Part shown: piece by piece, positions 57,201 to 64,000 of the stretch
How the letters are laid out: each line of letters begins with the position of its first letter
Position numbering within the stretch: the stretch's first letter is position 1
NCBI GenBank assembly: GCA_964016885.1
Contig: OZ024740.1
Coordinates: 102,176,001 to 102,240,000 of the forward strand
Source of the DNA: Eledone cirrhosa
Taxonomy: Eukaryota
Direction: 5' to 3'
Length of the DNA: 64,000 bases
The notes under the pieces: generated by a model
Told to the model about the DNA's origin: nothing
Seen by the model: only the letters and a program-made list of their open reading frames with translations
Databases searched by the model: none
Position numbers and translations under genes: made by a program

Positions 57201-60200
57201 CAGAGCAAATACTGCAAAGAATTCTATCCAACATTCTGATAACTCTTCCAATTCACCACCTTTACCTTCAGTATATAGGTATTCTATCAAAGGAAAGCCT
57301 TGTACTTTCTCTCTTAATGTTCTGTACCTCATAAACTACTTTAACAAAACATTCTTGAAAAATACAAAACAACTCTGTGACTGCATCACATTAAAAATTA
57401 AAGTCTATTATTACAAAGTTTCACAATTTTCTGTCCACTTGGGGAAATACTGTAAACATTTGAATTAACAAACTTTTTTTAGATATTTTGTGCAAAATTA
57501 TTACAAGGTGTTAGAGTTAAATTGATAAATAAATACTGCAGACTTTTTCTCATTTTAGCATTAATTATTAATTGCAATCATGTAGTAAAATGGCAGAAAA
57601 CAACATGTCACACAAAGTGCAAACAGTTCACTCCAAACCAACACACACTTACCTATCTAAATATAACGTATATACATTGAGTTTACAAAGGGAGTTCCTG
57701 CCTCCTAAAAATACACCCAAAACTCTCAAATTACACTCCATCATTGTAACCAAGGAAGGACACATTAGATGTTATAATCCTAGATATCTTTAAAGGGATG
57801 GGAAGGTCATTGCCTGAATGTTTTTGATCATAGGTTTGATTAGATATGGTTGACCTTGGGCAAAACAACATATATATGCATGGCTCAATAAGTTATCTCA
57901 GTTCCAAGCAGAGTTAACCAGGTGAAATCTGTTATTGCAACAATATATTAAGACAAGATACACACAATAAAGATAACATAATCATGACTAAAATACAAGC
58001 TGAATTTTTCATTTGATCATCCACTTATGGGATTTTTGGACAAAAGCAACACTCCATGATGTTAGAAGAGTCAACTAGACAGTTATGGCCTCTCAGCTGA
58101 AGAGTAAAACAATGTTTATCTTATCACTAGTGCTTCTTTCTGGATTAGAACTGTAAACTTTTTTCTACTCCACATATGAGGTAGCAAAAAAAATAGAACA
58201 GAACAAAATATAAAAACTCATTAACTGAACAACAAACAAGCTAGATGCTGGCAAATAGTTTGGTAATCTAAAGTACTGAGATCAAATCACCTTACTGGAC
58301 TATAGAATATAAACAGTCTCTCTAACTGCAATACTCTCCGTCTCCCTCTCTCTCTCTCTTCTCTCTCTCCCCTTTGTCTCTCTCCATCTCTTTCCTTTCT
58401 TTTCTTTTATCTTTTGTAAATCAATCTGAAGAAGAATTTCATAAGTTGAAGCCATTTTGTTTCACCACGTTCCTTGATCATGAGATAGAGATAAAAATTG
58501 TGTGACGTGAGTATGATTAGTGTAGCTAATGAATGTCAAATTTGAACTGTTGCCAATTAGGAGTTTGTTGGAGAGGAACCTTAGAAAGGGATCAAATTGA
58601 AAAATAAGACTCAAATAACAAATACATGCAAGTACGGAAATTTGTAGAACAATGCAACCCATGCCAACCCAGAAGCAGGTTGGATATAAAAAGATTAAAT
58701 TGAAAGAAGAAAGAAAAAAAGAAAAGCTCTTTATTAGAGTTATCAAATAAATTTTAGAACAAGAGACAAATGGTGTTGAGTGACAGTTCAGAAAGTAAAA
58801 ACATAATTTGGTTGTAAAATGAGAACTAATTAGGAGTTAAGCTGTTGTTTGTTTCGTCTCAATTTAGAATCTAGATAGTGAACCAGGCAGCTTATCTGAG
58901 GTAAACATTTTAATTATGCCCCATGAGGGTTAGAGAAATGGCAAAGACAAGAAAAATGTAGGGAGTGATTGGAGGAAAAAATATTTGATAGAAAGAGAAA
59001 AATATATTGTGACTGACAGTGAAAACTCAATTAAGATAATGCACCTAATTCTTCAAATACTTTTTTTCTATCTGTAAAATATGTCCATTTTCTCTTTCTA
59101 ACTTTAGTTGGGTATTTATGCAAATAATAACTATTTAGAATAGAATACAATATATTTTTCTCTCCTTCTCCCTTTCTTCTTTCATTTCTTTCTGTTTTAT
59201 AAATAAAAATATGCATTGCTATTTGTTTTAGGGTAGTCTTCTTTTATTTAGATTGCAAACACAATACTAATCAAAACAGGTCAATAAAAAAAAAAAACTA
59301 TTAATATTCTAATTTATGATAATATCTAAATTTACAGAATCGTTCAACCTATGCCAGTATTTCTATAATTTATTAGAGTACATGTATTTTGTTTTAAATT
59401 ATAATTTTATTGATAAAATTATTATCTTTTTTAGCACCTCAAATATTTAGATATATTAGACAATACTTGTTTAGGTTAAATTCATATTAACATATTTAAT
59501 GTAAGAGGCATTAACAATTAATTAGAAACAACATAATGTTATCAATGGCTAATATTACTTTCATTTGTCCAAGTACAGAAGACAATTTTAAATATGGTTT
59601 TAAAAATTAAAATAATGTTAGTCATACTTTCTTTTTCTCATTGCATAAATATTTCTAGTTAGCATTTTAATCCTCCCTGCATTAAATATGTTATCAATAT
59701 GGGTGTATGTTTAAGAGGGTGAAAGATTGATAGAATTGGTAGAGTGTCAGATAAATGCTATTGTGGTTTTTGTTCTGGCTCTTTACATTTTGAGTTCAAA
59801 TCCTGCCAAGGACAACTTTGCCCTTTGTCCTTTCAGAGTCAATAAAATAAAATACCAGTCAAGTATTGGTGTTGATGTACTCAACTTTGCTTTTCCTCTA
59901 AACTTGCTGGATTTATGCCTCAGTTAGAAATCAATATATATGTGTGTGTGTACATAATGGTTTCTACAATTGGCACAAGGCCAGCAATTTGGCAGGAGGA
60001 ATCAATCGACCGCAGTGCATTACTGATACTTTATTTTATCAACCCTGTAAGAATGAAAGGCAAAGTTAACCTTGGTCGGATTTGAACTCAAAATGTGAAG
60101 AGCCATAACTGTATAACATAAAGCATGTTGGCCAATACTCTACCACTATTGCCAAGCCACTGCCTTTTATGAATGCATATATAATACTAAGTGATACTAC

Positions 60201-63200
60201 ATCTGAAATAAAAATAAGGATAACTTAATACATATATGTAGAGAATACATGTTTTTTACTGATGGCACTGAAGGTACAATTCCTCACAGTTTCATCTCAT
60301 CTAGGAATCATCAGACAGTTTGTGATGCTTCTCTAATAAGATGAAATTGGTCAGCCACTGGGAGGAATTATACACTTAATTCTCTCAAACGTAATTTAAA
60401 AATAGATTCCATCATTTTCACTAACAAAAAAGACAAGAATAGAGGTGGAAGAAAAAGAGCAGGAAGATAATGATGATGATGATGATGATGATCTAATTGG
60501 TACTAAGTAAATCCAATGTTTTCTTTTACAATGAAGTTGAAACTGAAAAGATCAACCTATTTTTGTGTCAAGCTCTAATCATTCTCAGCAGAGAGAATAT
60601 TCTCTGCGCATCCAATAGTAAATGTTTAATTTTTAATTAATGTCTTCCCAATGACATTCTTCACCTTCTACTATTTTCCATCCATTTTCTATATATTTTT
60701 ATTTAATTTTTCTGTTTTTTTTTTGTTTTTGTTTTTCAACCTTCATCATCATTCCACAGAAATGGCAATCTCCTAGAATAGCAAAATCCAATTGTAATAT
60801 AAGCAATTTAAGATATTGCTTCTTTTTTTTCTTCCCTCCACAATTTCCGCAAAGTTGAAAACTTTAATTTCCCTTCTATTTTACCATCTCATCCATCACA
60901 TCGAACCAAAAAGAAGATCAGAAAATTTGAAAAATTACATGACGTATGCAGTTAGCCTGAATTGGTAAATACAGTAAATATTTTGGTGGCAAATGTTAGG
61001 CTAACGAAAATAATGTTTGGTATATTAAGCTGGGCCTTTTCCATAAGATCAGCATGTGTCACCGTGATTTATGAATGCAAGCTTCTGTTACTGTTGTATT
61101 ATATACTGTTGTAGACATACTAATTTACTAAATGAGAAAATCTGGAATAATTAAATACAAAGAATTGAGAGATGAACAAAAAAAGAAATACAATACAATA
61201 AAAAGGAAAGTAAGAATCATGAAGAAACCATCTCTGCTTTCTCAGAGAAACAAATAATCCTAAATTTCCAAATTATTGTCAAAGTTAAATACTTCACTAG
61301 ATGAAGGCAGAAAGATTAAAACACCCCCAAAAAGCAATGTGTCTTGCTTAACAAATATTCCTTCTGAAGGAATTTACTTATGTTACTCAAATTAGAAGTA
61401 GCACCATGACATTTGTAGAAGCTATGATATTTGTGAGATTGATGAAGTTGATGTTCAGCTTGAACATCTGTAGGTGTGTGTCTGTATGGTGAACCTGGCT
61501 GAAGAAATATGGGTGGAGTATTTAGTACAATGTCTTGGAGGTGTGACACTGTAAAGGTGATGGAAAATGAGAAATGAATAGGACAGTGGGTTAGAATCGA
61601 GAGATTATGAAGATAGATAGTTCTGAGAAACAGAGGCCATTGTAGCAGTCATTGAAGAATCAGAGAAAGAAGATTAAGAGTGAAATATGATTTTATATAT
61701 TTATTGAATCTAATTAACTTTGATAATCATAACATTGAATGTATGTTCTATATTTTAGAACATCAATAATAAAATCAAGGCATAGCTGCAGTTTAATGAC
61801 TGAAACCAGTAAAAGAATATTGCTCCTGTATGACCACAGCTAAATGACTGGCACTAGTAAATGATAGGGAAAAGTTTGAAAAATATAATCCATAAATTTG
61901 AATAGATGTGATAATTGAAAATAAAAAATATAACTTTTTGTCATATTTTTGAATTATTTAAGATGAAGTATAAATTTAATTAAATACTAAATGAAATAAA
62001 AAGGTTTTTGTATTCTTTAACGATTCATTAGTTCAGAACAAATATATGTAGTGGTGTATCATGAACAAGTAATGGATTATGTCTCTCTACTATGAGCACC
62101 CTGAAGGATGTGTGCCTCCCACGAGAATGAGCTTCTGTCACATTTGACAATGAATGTTCCTATAGGTCACTCAATTGAACAGTTTACTCATGAAATTAAC
62201 ATGCAAATGACTGAGCATTCCACAGTCATGTGAAACCTTAATGAAATCCTCAGAGATTCAGTGTGCCATAGCTTGTGACAAGGCTGGTCCTTTCAATTAC
62301 AGGTACAGTCTATCTGACAGATTTTCATAGTTTCTCCACCTAGCCAGTTATATTTGCCCAAGATGTCATGCTGTGGGAAGAAAAATGTATCTAGTTTCTC
62401 CAACGATCTATTGTATCTGAAAATTTTCCTTTAAATACAGTAGAACAAATATTTGTTTTTATAAAGCCTAGTTTTCAAGTTACTGTAGTAGGTTACAGAA
62501 AATTATATAAGTGTGGGGAAATCTTCCAGATGAATTTCACAACAAAAAAAGAAAATTTATTTACTGTATTAAAGACTGAAATTTTCTGCTTCAAAATTTT
62601 CTCCTTTAAAAACTATTATCTCAAAAGAAGGAATGTGTTATAAGAAGAATTCCATTTAACCAATGAAATGCCACTAGATTCTGTAGATTAAAATAAAAAA
62701 GATATGATGATGGTTCATCTTGAGTTCACAGCTTTAATGATATAATGGACAATTTGCTAAGCAGTTTACTTTTCTGAAATTGAAACATATTTGTATTAGG
62801 ACTTAAAATTCCACCTTATTCCTTCATCATAATCATCCACATCTTCAAAATGGTTTGAACAGGTTTTAAATTTTAGTTGTTTGTGTGTGAGTGTGTTATA
62901 GCTCTATTTTCTTCTTCTTCAATGGAACCCATTTAAATTTCACTAACGCATCTAAAGTTTTCTTTGGCATGCCAACTACACCAATCTGACACAAGCTAAT
63001 GTCAACTTCTGAATTGTATACCATTCACTATTCAATTTAATCTACCTCTGCATTTTAAATACATTCCACTGAGATCAACTTTGTTTTACATCCTGTCAGG
63101 GTTGATAAAATAAAGTACCAATCCACTGCCTTGGATTGGCAGAATTGTTATAGATTGTGTCAAGAAATAACAAAAGAGTAACGTTCAACACAGCAGCAGG

Positions 63201-64000
63201 CTGGAAGAGGCCCCACATCAGATAGTTGGATGTCATTAAGGAAGATCTCCAAAAGCTCAATGTAACTTTGGAGGATGCAAAAGGGGCTGACATGGGGCTG
63301 CCAGCAATGGAGAGTACTGGTGGACCTGGTTGGCTCTTCATGATGACACCTCTGGGGACACTGACAGAAGATGACCCCAGTCCCATCAGACAAGAGCAAG
63401 CAAATGTCAAGAATACTTTCAGTATTTCATCTGGTTCTTTGTAATCTGAGTTCAAATCTTGCTGTGACCTGTTTGGATGATGAATTAATCTATCACTCAG
63501 ATTGACACCATTATCTAGCCCTTGGTTGCCTGTAGTGGTATCCATTCTGTTGCAAGCAATCAAACTAGGTCCTTTGTTTAAAGATATATTCCTCCTTTTC
63601 ATCAGTCTCAGAAACCTTGAGAAAGGACACAGGTCCTTCTCCCTCTGTCTAAACAATAAAAAAAACTTTAACCCTCTTTGCATTCTTCAATATTGACTCA
63701 CCCCTTACCTTGTATAATTAACACTACAAGTCAACAAGTGAACATTTCAGTTGCTTGAATTTATAGAAATAGTCTCAAATCACACCATGCCATCTAAAAA
63801 ATAGGAGACACATAACCAGAATAATGTAGAAGTGGGAACATTACAGCTACAAAAAAAAAAGGAGATTCATGGTTCAAATGCTTCCATTCATAGATCTGCT
63901 CAGTAAGGGCTACACAACAGCCTACAACTAACTCACAAAACTTTGTCACTCAGCAAGTTACCATTCATTCCCATTGCCCAGCTTACAAATACTAGATGGC

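Noticed and set aside
63096-63683. 195-aa minus-strand ORF
   Set aside because: Spans SINE pieces and the antisense of an RTE 3' remnant; no recognisable domain.

Overview
AT-rich, microsatellite-dense eukaryotic DNA with no intact host coding gene. The repeat content suggests a mollusc, probably an octopod cephalopod (inference). The window is almost entirely retroelement-derived: five copies of one RTE-clade LINE whose reverse transcriptase carries an inserted PHD-type zinc finger, partner tRNA/CORE SINEs sharing the LINE tail, Nin/Deu-domain SINEs, two distinct Penelope-like element (PLE) remnants, R4/Dong-like 3' ends in (TAA)n, a CR1 tail, a non-autonomous Helitron, a piggyBac-type MITE and a 37-unit 47-bp minisatellite. 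One candidate host exon (11563-12040, +) ends in ATG|GTAAGT. The most notable signal is a dense set of minimal hammerhead-ribozyme motifs read by eye on both strands. Seven have intact cores and more are degenerate or partial; several lie in long fold-back palindromes (up to 344 bp), alongside many inverted LINE/SINE pairs. All structures were read manually, so boundaries are approximate and family names need database confirmation.
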